A stretch of DNA of 64,000 nucleotides, taken from positions 1 to 64,000 of the forward strand of contig CAVPOM010000018.1 in assembly GCA_963707025.1 (NCBI GenBank), read 5' to 3'. The DNA comes from an uncultured Verrucomicrobiae bacterium. GTDB taxonomy: Bacteria > Verrucomicrobiota > Verrucomicrobiia > Limisphaerales > Palsa-1400. Positions 32,001 to 42,536 of this stretch are shown here, piece by piece. Every line of letters starts with the position of its first letter. Positions within the stretch are counted from its first letter, which is position 1. A program made the position numbers and the translations under genes. The notes beneath the pieces were generated by a model. It was given only the letters and a program-made list of their open reading frames with translations. It did not search any database and was not told the DNA's origin.

Positions 32001-34036
32001 CCATTGCTGCGGGCCGTGCCATTTTGCCCCGGCATGGTTGGATTGTTGGTGGGAGCGACCCAGGAGCGCAGCACCTGGTTGACTTGCTGGTTGTCGTCGG
32101 AAATCCAAAGCTGCGCCGCATCGCTGCCCGCGATCCAGAAATAATAATTGCCCGTGACCGGGGCGGTGAAATAACCGCGAATGCGTTCGCCGTAATTGAC
32201 CCCGTAATTGGAGATGCCTTCGAGCGCGCCCAAAACGTTGGTGAGGCTGGCCGGCGTGCCCGTCGGGATATCGGTGACATTGGCGCCGGGAACATTCGTC
32301 CAGATTTCCTGAACGACGGAACTGCCGGTGTTCAAAACCGAAATGTCCACGACCGACGCGCCAAGGCCGGTTAAATTGCTGGCGGTGAGGGTGACTTGGA
32401 AACTGCCGGCGAGAGCGGGCACGCCGGCGATGAGCGCCGTTGGTGTTGTTGAAAGTCAGGCCCGGCGGCAGGCCATTGGCGGTGAAGCCAAGCGGCGTGT
32501 TCGCAGCCGTCACCGTGAAGCTGAAGGGCTGGCCGAGAAAGGCGACCGCGCTCAAGGCGCTCGTCACCACCGCCGGCGCGTTGGAACTGGTGTTGCCGAC
32601 GCTGTTGGACGGATACAAACAAGCGGTCGGGATGATTTCTTCCGCCTGGTCCGCGCTGTACCAGGAAAGATGCGCCCGGGCAGAGGCGCCGGACTGGAGA
32701 TAATCCAGCCTGAGATCGTAGCGCACGCCGGCCTGCAAAGCGAGGGCGTTGGTCCAGTCGGTGGCGCCTTGCGTCTGCCATTTGTCAATGAGCAACTGGT
32801 CGTTCACCCAGAGCCGGCAGCCATCGTCGCTTCTCACATCAAAGAAATAAGTGTCGGAAAACTGGGGCTGCACCTGGCCCGTCCAGCGCACGGTGTAATA
32901 CCCGTTGCTCAGGTTGGGCGACAGGCCGTTGCTCCAAATAAAACTAATGACCGGGTCAAGGCGGGTCAGGAAAAGATTGCTGGGATTGAAATTCTTGCTG
33001 TTGGTGTAGGTCGTGCTCGAATTGGTATAATACTGGCCGAGCAGCCCGCTGCCGCCCGGGTGGGAGAAGGATAGATGACGACACTGGCGTTGCTTGCAAC
33101 GCCCAGGGTGTAATTGGAGCCCGGCAACAGTTGCAGTTGAGCCAGCACGGGCGCCGGCAAATTCGTGTTGGCCATCGGCGTCACTGTGACCGTCTGGGAA
33201 CTCACGCCCACCCCTAAAGCGACCGAAGACGGCAGGGCCACATAATCCACGCCCGCCGCCGCAAAACCAATTCCCGGCCCGCCCAGTCCCAGATTGACCG
33301 TGATGGGGTCCAACGGAAAGCCGCCGCGCGTCACGGTGAACTGTCCGGTGAGCGTGGATTTTTGTCCAGGGTCAGGCTGGGTGGCGCCCGCGCCTGTGGC
33401 CGTGATGGAGATCACATTTTGCGAGGCCAGCAGGTTGGTGACGCAGGCGTAATCACTCAGGGCATTGCCGTTGGCATCTTGCTGGCCGTTGCTAAATGGG
33501 TTGAACGGGTCCAGGCCCAGTTGATATTTTTCCCAATCGTTCATCCCGCTGCCGGCCGTATCCACGTCCGAGATGGCCACGCGGTAAAACTTCGCGGCCG
33601 TCGCCGCCGGCGCGGTCAAGGTGACATTGCTTCCCGAGCGGGCCACCAGATTGGTTTCGACAAACCAATTCGTGCCGCCCAGCAGGGTGATGCTTTGCAA
33701 CTGATATTGCTTTCCCAGCGCGCAGGGCATGGTCACCGAGAAATTGGACGGCGAATTGGCGATGATGGGGATAAAAGGATAGGAGTTGGAATCGAACGGG
33801 TTGGTGCCGGCGATGGATTCCTGCAAATTGGAAAAGCTGTCGCCGTCTGGATCGGTCCGCGGATCAATGCCGTAGGCATTGTAAATCCATTCCCAAATAT
33901 CGCTCATGCCGTTGCCGTTCAGGTCTATCATCTGGGCATGGGCAGCGCCCAGCCCGAATGCAAACAGCATCAGGCAAATCGCTCTCGAAAAACCGCCATG
34001 CCTCCTTTTCCCGCGAAACAGGCAACTGCGCGACAT
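29041..34036 (-). CDS. large DUF1800-family protein with N-terminal PA14 (x2) and Ig-like modules; about 8 apparent frameshifts
   Basis: [61 protein letters not shown]14 motif [12 protein letters not shown]; pieces spread over several ORFs. Confidence 0.8.
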
Positions 34037-34102
34037 AACTCGTTTAACTTATCTGATGGGATTGATTTGTCAAATTTTTGAATCAACTCCGGCTGGATTT
34101 TA

Positions 34103-35106
34103 GAGCGTTTCCATAAATGATATAGCTTGACTGGGGCGAGAGGGCTGGCAGGCTTGAGCCATGCGAGCGATACCCGTGTCTGCGCGCGAGCGCATCCTGC
34201 AACTCTATGAACAAGGCAAAAGCACCCGCGAGATCGCGGACTTTTTCGGCTTTTGCGTGGCGGCGGTGCGCCGGGTCCGGCAGCAGTTCCAAGAGCGCGG
34301 CACGCTCCAGCCGCAAACCCATTTGTGCGGGCGCAAAACGCTGCTGAACGCCGGACGCCAGGCTCGCCTGCAAAAGCTGGTGGCGGCCCAGCCCGACGCG
34401 ACGTTGGCCGAGTTGGGGGCGCGTCTGGACCGCCCTTTCGGGACCTCCACTGTGGATTTGTGGCTGCGCAAACTGGGGTTGAGCTATAAAAAAAACGCTC
34501 TGCGCCGCCGAGCAGAACCGTCCGGACGTGGCCGAAAAGCGGGCCCATTGGCATGAGCGTCTGGCAAGTGACCCACCTGCCCGACTGGTCTTCGTGGATG
34601 AAAGCGGGGCCAACACCAAGATGACCCGTTTTTGCGGGCGGTCACCCGTGGGCCGAAGACTGGCGGCCCACGTCCCGCAGGGACATTATCAGACCACCAC
34701 CCTGGTCTGCGCCATTCGTCTGGCCGGGCCTGCGGCCCCCTGCCTCTTTGAGGGGGCCATGGACGGGGAAATGTTTTTGGCCTGGATCCAGCAGGGGCTG
34801 GTGGTGGAGTTGCGCAAGGGTGACTTGGTCATCATGGACAACTTGGCCACGCATAAGGTGACCGGAGTCCGCCAAGCCATCGAAGAGGCCGGGGCAACGC
34901 TGCTGTATCTGCCGCCCTATTCGCCAGACTTTAATCCCATCGAAAATATGTGGAGCAAGGTCAAACAAATTATGCGAGGTCTCGCGCCGCGAACCGCCAA
35001 GGAACTGCTCCAAGCGGCGAAGATTGCCTTTGAAGCCATCTCCACCGCCGATTGCCGGGGCTTCTTTTTAAACGCCCGCTACGCTACATGATTTATGGAA
35101 ATGCTC
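34103..35106 (+). mobile_element. IS630-family insertion sequence, 1004 bp, TA target duplication
   Basis: TA-GAGCGTTTCCATAAAT ... ATTTATGGAAATGCTC-TA (16-bp IR, 1 mismatch). Confidence 0.92.
34161..35091 (+). CDS. IS630 transposase split in two ORFs at an A8 run (34488-34495)
   Basis: HTH ORF with PDATLAEL; DDE ORF with FVDESG, IMDNLATHK and LPPYSPDFNPIE. Confidence 0.9.
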
Positions 35107-35345
35107 TAATCCCGCGATGAGAGGCGGCCGGCCGCCGCCTTGCTCGCGAGGCAGTTTGGCGGCCTGGGCGGGCCAGGCGTCGTCGAGTTGGATCGGGGTC
35201 CGCCTGTTTGAAAGATCACCGCCAAGCCAGCCGGCGGTCGCAGCATCCTCCGCGAGGCATCCCCTGGCGGAGCAAGGACGACAGGTTTCCCTTTTTTGGT
35301 TTTTTTGGATGCGCGCCGCTGTTTTGCGTGTAGATTCCTTGCGCG

Positions 35346-36599
35346 ATGACTGCGCCTTTCCTCATTGTCTGCGCCGGGTTGATCGTGAGCAAATGGATGG
35401 CTCAACTCTGGCTGGAATGGCTCAACCAGCGGCAGGTCCGCCGGCATGCCCGGCAAGTCCCGCCCGCTTTCGCCAACACCGTCACGCCCGAGACTTACGC
35501 CAAATCGGTTGATTATACGCTGGCGAAAAGCCGGTTTGAGATGGTGGAGTTGACCTGGGGCGCGATGGTTCTGGCCGGGGTTCTTTTTAGCGGGGTTCTG
35601 CCGTGGTTCTACCAAGATTTCCGGCGCGCCGCCGGCTCCTCCATCTGGGCCGGGGCGGGTTTTCTGGCGGCGGCGGGGGTGGCGCTGTCGGCCGCGGATT
35701 TGCCCTTCGAGTGGCATGGGCAATTTGGCCTGGAGGAGCGGTTCGGCTTCAACACCACCACAGCGGCCACTTGGTGGATGGACCGGGTGAAGGGATTGTT
35801 GCTGGCGCTGGCCTTGGGCTATCCGCTGCTGGTGTTGATTTTGCATCTGGCGGGGTGGCTGGGGGCGGGCTGGTGGTTTTGGGCGTGGGTTTGCCTGGCG
35901 GTCTTTCAACTGGTTCTGCTGCTGGCGGGGCCGGTTTTGATTCTGCCGCTGTTCAATAAATTCACGCCGCTGCCGCCGGGCGAATTGCGCGAGGGCCTGC
36001 TCGCCCTGGGCCGGCGCGCCGGCTTTGGCGCGCGCGACATCCAGGTGATGGACGGGAGCAAACGGTCCCGCCACTCCAACGCCTTTTTCACCGGACTGGG
36101 CCGGTTCCGCAAAATTGTTTTATTTGACACATTGGCGCAGCAACTGGACCGCGGGGAAATGGAGGCCGTCCTGGCCCACGAGATCGGCCACTACAAGAAA
36201 GGGCATGTTCCCAAAATGATCGCCTTGAGCCTGGGCGCCGGGCTGCCGGGCTTTTACCTGCTGGCCGTGCTGGCGCGGCAGGAATGGTTTATGGGCGCCT
36301 TTGGTTTCCAGCCCGGCGACATGGCGCCGGCCTTGCTGCTCTTCGCCTTGCTTTCGGGGGTGGTGACGTTTTGGCTGTCACCGCTGTTCCACGCCCTGTC
36401 GCGCCGCCATGAATACGAGGCGGACGCCTTTGCCGCCCGGCTGATGCAGCAGCGGCAGCCCTTGATCGCGGCCCTGCGCAAATTGAACGAAAAAAACCTG
36501 AGCAATCTCACGCCGCATCCTTTTTACAGCGGTTTTTACTATTCGCATCCCACCTTGCTGGAACGCGAAGCGGCGCTGGCCGCAACGGCGGGGGATTGA
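35346..36599 (+). CDS. M48 family (Ste24p-like) membrane zinc protease
   Basis: FGLEERFGFN, DGSKRSRHSNAFFTG, LAHEIGH, EYEADAF, YSHPTL. Confidence 0.92.
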   Translation: MTAPFLIVCAGLIVSKWMAQLWLEWLNQRQVRRHARQVPPAFANTVTPETYAKSVDYTLAKSRFEMVELTWGAMVLAGVLFSGVLPWFYQDFRRAAGSSIWAGAGFLAAAGVALSAADLPFEWHGQFGLEERFGFNTTTAATWWMDRVKGLLLALALGYPLLVLILHLAGWLGAGWWFWAWVCLAVFQLVLLLAGPVLILPLFNKFTPLPPGELREGLLALGRRAGFGARDIQVMDGSKRSRHSNAFFTGLGRFRKIVLFDTLAQQLDRGEMEAVLAHEIGHYKKGHVPKMIALSLGAGLPGFYLLAVLARQEWFMGAFGFQPGDMAPALLLFALLSGVVTFWLSPLFHALSRRHEYEADAFAARLMQQRQPLIAALRKLNEKNLSNLTPHPFYSGFYYSHPTLLEREAALAATAGD

Positions 36600-36632
36600 T
36601 CGGGATTGCCGTTCCCGGCTCCTCTCATTCCT

Positions 36633-36713
36633 CTTAATCTTAATCTTAATCCTAATCTTAATCTCTTTGGAGGATTTGGCGCATTAAGATTAAGATTAAG
36701 ATTAGGATTAGGA
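36633..36713. repeat. (CTTAAT)n...(ATTAAG)n inverted hexamer cassette, empty
   Basis: About 5 hexamers per arm, ~19-nt spacer. Confidence 0.9.
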
Positions 36714-36810
36714 GAACAAACCGTTGAAGAAAGTGGCCTGCCCCGATTGCCGGGCCGGCGCAAACCCCGGCCTTGCCAAATGGGCGGCGGGAGTTAATGC
36801 TTTGTCCCCT

Positions 36811-38190
36811 ATGAAAAAATTGCCCTCTGCCTGTTGGCTGGCCTTGCCCGCGCTGGTCCTGGCCGCCTGTCAGACAACCCGCCAGCCGACCGCCATCGCC
36901 CAGCCCGGGCCCGTCGCACCGGCGGCGGCGCCGGCGGCTTACGAGACCAAACCGAGAGATCCTTATTTCGCCAAGTTCAATCCGCGCCTGGCCCCAGCCC
37001 CGGGACCGCTGCTGCTGGAAGCGGGCGACCGCCTGGCCATCGTGGGGGATTCCATCACCGAGCAGAAAATGTATTCCCGCATCCTGGAGACTTACCTGAC
37101 GGTGTGCGTGCCCCAACTGAAAATCACGGTGCGCCAGGTCGGTTGGAGCGGCGAAACGGCGGAAGGATTCCGCCGGCGGATGGAGTCCGATTGCCTGCGC
37201 TTCAAGCCGACCGTCGCCACTTTTGCCTACGGCATGAATGATTCCAAGTACCGGCCGTATGACGACATCAACGGGCAGTGGTATGCCTCCAACTATACGG
37301 CCATCGTGCGGGCCTTCAAGGCGGCCGGGGCCAGGGTTGTTCTCGGCTCGCCCGGTTCGCTCGGCACGCTCAACAAAGCGCGCAACGCCGGCGGCGGCAC
37401 TTTGGACGAGCGCAATTTGAATCTGTGCGCCATGCGCGACCTGGACGTTCGCATCGCGCAAAGCGAGGGGGTGCGCTTCGCGGACGTTTTCTGGCCGATG
37501 TTGCAGGCGGCCTACGAGGGTGAAAACCGCTACGGCACGGCCGACAAGCCCTTCGCGCTGCCCGGACCCGACGGACTTCATCCCAACTGGGCCGGGCATC
37601 TGGTCATGGCGCATTGCTTCCTCCGGGCGCTGGGTCTGGACGGGGACATTGGCACTTTCACCGTGGATTTGAAGGGCGGACACGCCGAGGTCACCGCCGG
37701 GCATAAGATGGAGTCCTTTGCCAACGGCGAACTGGCCATCAGCAGCACGCGCTATCCGTTCTGCGATGGGGGGGCCAGCAACGCGACCAGCGCGATTCGC
37801 GGGGGCATGTCGCTGGTGCCGTTCAACCGGGAACTCAACCGGCTCATGCTGGTGGTCAGGAACATCGGCGCGCCGCGCTGCCAGGTGATCTGGGGCGGCG
37901 TCACCAATGCCTACCTGGCCGATCAACTCTCCGCCGGCATCAATCTGGCGGACGAGTTTGCGGTCAATCCCTTCTCGGAGGCTTTCCAGAAGGTGGACAA
38001 GGCCGTGGCCGCCAAGCAGGCCTACGAGACCCGGCAGATCAAGACCTCCTTTCACAGCGCGGAAGCCCGGACCAACATGGACGCGGTCGTCAGCAGGACG
38101 GAGGCGGAGCGCGCGCCGCTGGTGGAGGCGATGGCGGCGGCCTTCGTGCCGGTGCGGCATGTGCTGCGCCTGGTCCCCATGCAGGAATAG
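36811..38190 (+). CDS. SGNH/GDSL hydrolase lipoprotein
   Basis: Lipobox LAAC, GDSITE, GWSGE, YGMND, DGLHP. Confidence 0.88.
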   Translation: MKKLPSACWLALPALVLAACQTTRQPTAIAQPGPVAPAAAPAAYETKPRDPYFAKFNPRLAPAPGPLLLEAGDRLAIVGDSITEQKMYSRILETYLTVCVPQLKITVRQVGWSGETAEGFRRRMESDCLRFKPTVATFAYGMNDSKYRPYDDINGQWYASNYTAIVRAFKAAGARVVLGSPGSLGTLNKARNAGGGTLDERNLNLCAMRDLDVRIAQSEGVRFADVFWPMLQAAYEGENRYGTADKPFALPGPDGLHPNWAGHLVMAHCFLRALGLDGDIGTFTVDLKGGHAEVTAGHKMESFANGELAISSTRYPFCDGGASNATSAIRGGMSLVPFNRELNRLMLVVRNIGAPRCQVIWGGVTNAYLADQLSAGINLADEFAVNPFSEAFQKVDKAVAAKQAYETRQIKTSFHSAEARTNMDAVVSRTEAERAPLVEAMAAAFVPVRHVLRLVPMQE

Positions 38191-38214
38191 GACGGGCCGG
38201 GGCCGATGGGGTTT

Positions 38215-38319
38215 CTTAATCTTAATCTTAATCATAATCTTAATCGCACTGGTGGTGATCAGAGATTAGGATTAGGATTAGGATTAGGATTAGGATTAAG
38301 ATTGGGATTGAAGATTGGA
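38215..38319. repeat. (CTTAAT)n...(GATTAG)n inverted hexamer cassette, empty
   Basis: Left arm 38215-38245, right arm 38264-38319. Confidence 0.9.
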
Positions 38320-38345
38320 GACGGATCGGACAAGGTGGGCCCACC

Positions 38346-39632
38346 ATGAGATATGCGCCGATAGACAAGGAATTGTTCCGGCTCAACCGGGCCAACCTGA
38401 AGAAATTGCTGCCGCCCAACGCGCTGGCGGCGGTCAACGCCAATGATATTCTCCCGGTCAATGGCGACGCGGTTTTGCTGCTGCAGCAAAATTCGGACTT
38501 GTTTTATCTGACGGGAATTGAACAGGAGGAAAGCCTGCTGCTGCTTTACCCGGAGGCCCACGAACCCAAGCATCGCGAGATTCTGTTCCTGCGCCAGCCC
38601 AATCCGCTGTTGGAAACCTGGGAGGGCCACAAGCTGACCAAGGAGGAGGCGCAAAAGATTTCCGGCGTGGAGCAGGTGCAATGGCTGCCGGATTTTCCGG
38701 CGCTGTTTCACCGGCTGATGTGCGAGTGCTCGCAGGTCTGGCTCAATTCCAACGAGCACAAGCGCGCCCGCGTGGTGGTGGAAAGCCGCGACGCCCGCTT
38801 CATCAAGGAGGTGCAGGCACGCTATCCCCTGCACGATTACCGCCGCCTGGCCCCGCTCCTGCACCGCTTGCGCGCCGTCAAGTCCGACGCCGAAATCGCC
38901 CTGCTGCGCCAGGCCTGCGCGATCACCGAGGCCGGTTTCCGGCGGGTTTGCCGGCTGGTCAAACCGGGGGTCAATGAGATGGAGGTGGAAGCGGAATTTT
39001 CCCGCGAATTTCTGCGGCGGGGCGGGCGCTTCGCCTACAACCCGATCATCGCCTCCGGGCGCAACGCCTGCGCCCTGCATTATGTGCAGAACGACCAGCC
39101 TTGCCGGAAAGGCGAGTTGTTGCTGCTGGACGTGGGGGCCAGCTACGCCAACTACAACGCGGACATGACGCGCACCATTCCGGTCAGCGGGCGGTTCACC
39201 CGCCGGCAAAAACAGGTCTATAACGCCGTCTTGCGGGTGCTGCGCGCCGTCAGCCGGGCGGCGGCGCCGGGGAAATTGCCGCGGGACTGGCAGACGGAGG
39301 CGGACCAATTGGTGGAAAAGGAACTGGTGGATTTGGGTTTGTTGACCCTGGCGGAGATCAAAAAACAGGATCCCGAGGACAAGGCCTTTCGCAAGTATTT
39401 TATGCACGGCGTGGGCCATCCGCTGGGGCTGGACGTGCATGACCTGGCGCTGACGGTGGAACCGATCCAGGCGGGCTGGGTGCTGACGGTCGAGCCGGCC
39501 ATTTACCTGCGCGAAGAGGGATTTGGCGTGCGCCTGGAAAACAACATCCTTGTGCAAGAGGGCGGCAACGTGGACTTGATGGAAAGAATTCCCATCGAGG
39601 CCGGGGAAGTGGAGCGGCTGATGAGCCGGTGA
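38346..39632 (+). CDS. pepP: Xaa-Pro aminopeptidase (M24B)
   Basis: QNSDLFYLTG, LHY, LLDVGA, ADMTRT, HGVGHPLGLDVHD, TVEPAIY, GVRLEN. Confidence 0.9.
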   Translation: MRYAPIDKELFRLNRANLKKLLPPNALAAVNANDILPVNGDAVLLLQQNSDLFYLTGIEQEESLLLLYPEAHEPKHREILFLRQPNPLLETWEGHKLTKEEAQKISGVEQVQWLPDFPALFHRLMCECSQVWLNSNEHKRARVVVESRDARFIKEVQARYPLHDYRRLAPLLHRLRAVKSDAEIALLRQACAITEAGFRRVCRLVKPGVNEMEVEAEFSREFLRRGGRFAYNPIIASGRNACALHYVQNDQPCRKGELLLLDVGASYANYNADMTRTIPVSGRFTRRQKQVYNAVLRVLRAVSRAAAPGKLPRDWQTEADQLVEKELVDLGLLTLAEIKKQDPEDKAFRKYFMHGVGHPLGLDVHDLALTVEPIQAGWVLTVEPAIYLREEGFGVRLENNILVQEGGNVDLMERIPIEAGEVERLMSR

Positions 39633-39647
39633 GGGCCGGCTCTTCCT

Positions 39648-39680
39648 CTTAATCTTAATCCTAATTTTAATCTCATAATC
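39648..39680. repeat. (CTTAAT)n unpaired arm
   Basis: cttaatcttaatcctaattttaatctcataatc. Confidence 0.75.
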
Positions 39681-39698
39681 AACCAACGAGAGGAGCCA

Positions 39699-40127
39699 AT
39701 GAAAAAATCAACAGAAATGATGTCCGGTTTGGCCCTGGTCTTTTTGGCCGCGCTGCTGGGAGCGCCGGGATGCTCGAAAACACCCAAGCCGGACGCGAAA
39801 GTCCTGCAGGGAAACTGGAAAGGCCAGGAAACCAATGCGACTGGTTCCGATTCCCTCGTGCTGACGGGAACAAATCTGGAGTTCCACGGGTCGGACCCCC
39901 GCGAATGGTACAAGGCGACTTTTACGCTGCTGGAAGACAAAAATCCAAAGCAGATGATCGCCATCATCACCGACTGTGCCGATCCGAAGTATGTGGGCAA
40001 AACCGCATACGCCATCTACCAAATCCAGGACGGCATCTTCACCCTCGCCGCCCATGAGCCGGGCGATACGAACGTGCCCGCCAGTTTCGACGATCCGCAG
40101 GTGCGGAAGGTCATGTTCAGACAATAA
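39699..40127 (+). CDS. lipoprotein with a TIGR03067-like (PVC) beta domain
   Basis: Lipobox APGC, LQGNW, KNPKQM, GKTAYAIYQI, PASF. Confidence 0.65.
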   Translation: MKKSTEMMSGLALVFLAALLGAPGCSKTPKPDAKVLQGNWKGQETNATGSDSLVLTGTNLEFHGSDPREWYKATFTLLEDKNPKQMIAIITDCADPKYVGKTAYAIYQIQDGIFTLAAHEPGDTNVPASFDDPQVRKVMFRQ

Positions 40128-40192
40128 TGCGCTCCCGAAAAAGTCACCCCGTATCGGGGTTGACCATCGCGCCGCGGAATGCCGTCTTGGTT

Positions 40193-40281
40193 GGTAGGGC
40201 GGGCAGTCTTCTGCCCGCCGCGCCGCGACGTTGATTCCTCTGCCAATGCTGGACGGCGGGCAGAGGACTGCCCGCCCTACC
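40193..40281. repeat. REP-like element, copy 4 (two inverted units), nested in an outer imperfect inverted repeat 40167-40319
   Basis: GGTAGGGCGGGCAGTCTTCTGCCCGCCG ... CGGCGGGCAGAGGACTGCCCGCCCTACC. Confidence 0.82.
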
Positions 40282-40366
40282 TTTCCCGGCCCGTCCAAGA
40301 CAACCGCATTCTGGCGCGACGGCGTTTGGGCTTGACTGGGAGCAAAGCGGGCGTTTGACTCAGACC

Positions 40367-41717
40367 ATGAACAAGCCATTCCAGATTTCCCGCAGGTCCT
40401 TTCTAAAACGCGGCGCGGCCACCGCCGCCGCCACGGGGTTGCCCCTTTGGTTCGTCGAAAGGGAATTGGCCGCCGCGCAGGAAGTGGCGCCCCAACCCGC
40501 CAGCCCGAACGACCGCCCCGGCCTGGCCTTGATTGGCTGTGGCGGCCAGGGCCGGGGCGACGCGGGCGCCGCCAGCCGGTGGGGCGACATCGTCGCGGTC
40601 TGCGACGTGGACGACAATCACGCGGCGGCGGCGGCCAAGCAGTTCACGCGCAATGGCAAGACGCCGGACAAATTCAACGATTTCCGCAAGGTGCTGGCGC
40701 GGGAGGACGTCCATGCCATCATCCACGCCACCCCGGATCATTGGCACACCCTAGTCAATCTGGCGGCGGCCAAAGCCAGGAAGGATGTATATGGGGAAAA
40801 ACCGCTGACGCTGACGATTGACGAAGGGCGGCTCATCACTAAAGCGGTGCGCGACAACAAAATTGTGTTTCAGACCGGGACGCAGCAGCGCAGCGACCGC
40901 AATTTTCATCTGGCCTGTCAATTGGTGCGCAACGACCGCATTGGCAAGCTCAAAACGGTGAAGGTGTTTGTCCCGGCGGGGTTGCGCGCCGGGCCGTTCC
41001 AGACCGTGCCGGTGCCCGCGGAATTGAACTGGGACTTCTGGCTGGGCCAGGCGCCCAAGGTGGACTATATGAAGGAGCGGTGCCACGCCAACTTTCGCTG
41101 GTGGTGGGATTACTCGGGCGGCCCGGTCACCGACTGGGGCGCGCATCACAACGACATCGCCCGCTGGGGCATCGGCCAGGACGGCCCGGAAAGCGTCGAA
41201 GCCAAAGTGGTGACGCCGCCGATCCCCGGCGGCTACACCACGCCCAGCGAATATGAAGCCACCCTGACCTGGGCCAACGGGATCACGCAAATTGTCAAGA
41301 CGACGCTCGATGACAGCCCTTATGGAGCGGTGCTGAAGAAAGAGGGACAGCGCAATGGCATCCGATTCGAGGGGACAAACGGCTGGATCTGGGTCAACCG
41401 CGACGGGTTCTCCTCCAGCGATGAGGATCTTGCGACCCAGCCGCTGCCGGAGAATGCGGTGCGGCTGGAAAGCTCCGGCAATCACATGAAGAATTTCTTT
41501 GACTGCATGAAATCAAGGAAGGATCCCGTCTCCGCGGTGGAGTCGGGCCATCGCTCGGCCTCGGTCGGCCATCTCATCGTCATCGCCCTGCGTCTGGGCC
41601 GCAAATTCCAATGGGACCCGGTGAAGGAAGTCTTCATCGGCGACGGGGCCAAGGAAGGCAATGCCTGCGTGGCGCGGGAAATGCGCCAGCCTTACGAACG
41701 TCAGTTTCGCCGGTTGA
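40367..41717 (+). CDS. Tat-exported Gfo/Idh/MocA oxidoreductase; probable 1-nt insertion near 41697 (uncorrected ORF runs to 41779)
   Basis: SRRSFLK, IGCGGQG, ATPDHWH, YGEKPL, GTQQRS, DWGAHHND. Confidence 0.88.
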
Positions 41718-41833
41718 CCTATCAGATAAACGCCGTTCTTTCGGAAGAAGAACCGCGGATGGTTTTTATTCGTGGTTGACAAATCCGGCCAATGAACACA
41801 GATTGTATGCGTGCGGATCATTTGCGGAGGATT

Positions 41834-42259
41834 ATGAAGACAAAGACGAAACTCCGCTTTCAAGACTTGCCAAAGGACTACGCGGCCCTGTGTCGCGTGT
41901 TCCTGCCGCGCCCCATCCACGACGCGGTGGACTACGCAAACATTGTGGAAGTGGCCGACGCGATGGTCCTGTGGCACGATGAATTCACCCCCGACCAGGC
42001 GGATTATTTTGACCTGCTTTGCTCGCTCATCGAAGAGTACGATGCGAAGAATGTCAAGTGGCCGAAGGCAACGGGAGTGGATGCGCTCAAACACCTGCTT
42101 GGCGAACAGGGCCTTGCGGCGGCGGATCTCTCGCGCCTTTTGGGCGGCAGCCGCAACTTGGGTGCCATGATTTTGCGCGGCGAACGCAAACTCACGCTCA
42201 ATCATGTGCGGACGCTGGCGGGGCGCTTTGGCGTCTCTGCCGACCTCTTCCTGCCGTGA
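41834..42259 (+). CDS. HigA-like HTH antitoxin/regulator with no adjacent toxin
   Basis: PRPIHD..DY, LIEEYD, LKHLL, ILRGERKLTLNHVRTLAGRFGVS. Confidence 0.8.
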   Translation: MKTKTKLRFQDLPKDYAALCRVFLPRPIHDAVDYANIVEVADAMVLWHDEFTPDQADYFDLLCSLIEEYDAKNVKWPKATGVDALKHLLGEQGLAAADLSRLLGGSRNLGAMILRGERKLTLNHVRTLAGRFGVSADLFLP

Positions 42260-42444
42260 AGGCGCCGGCCTCCCCAACTATGTATAATCCTTCACCAGAG
42301 GCATGATCTCCAACCACAGGACTTCGGCCATGCGCTTGTGACCGCCCTGGAGGATGTTGACGGGTTCGGTTGTCTTCTCTTGCTGGTTCGAAACCTGGAG
42401 AACGGTTTCACTAAAACTAATGATGGAGATTACCCTTTCCTAAT

Positions 42445-42462
42445 TCGTGAAAAATTTCACAA
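42445..42462. promoter_or_regulatory. Rex-box-like palindrome upstream of the act operon
   Basis: TCGTGAA-AAAT-TTCACAA versus the Rex consensus TTGTGAA-N4-TTCACAA (1 mismatch); TTGCCG at 42469-42474. Confidence 0.6.
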
Positions 42463-42536
42463 ACTCTCTTGCCGGGGGCATGGTTTTTGCGTAAAAAAGC
42501 ACCCGTTGTTTGTAGAGACGATTTAATGACGCAGCG

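Noticed and set aside
36606..38461. ORFs with ILILIL, LRLRLR, IKIKIK or NLNLNL runs (e.g. 36606..36797, 36658..38235, 38240..38461, and the start of 3914..5593)
   Set aside because: These are translation artefacts of the hexamer arrays or antisense shadows of real genes.
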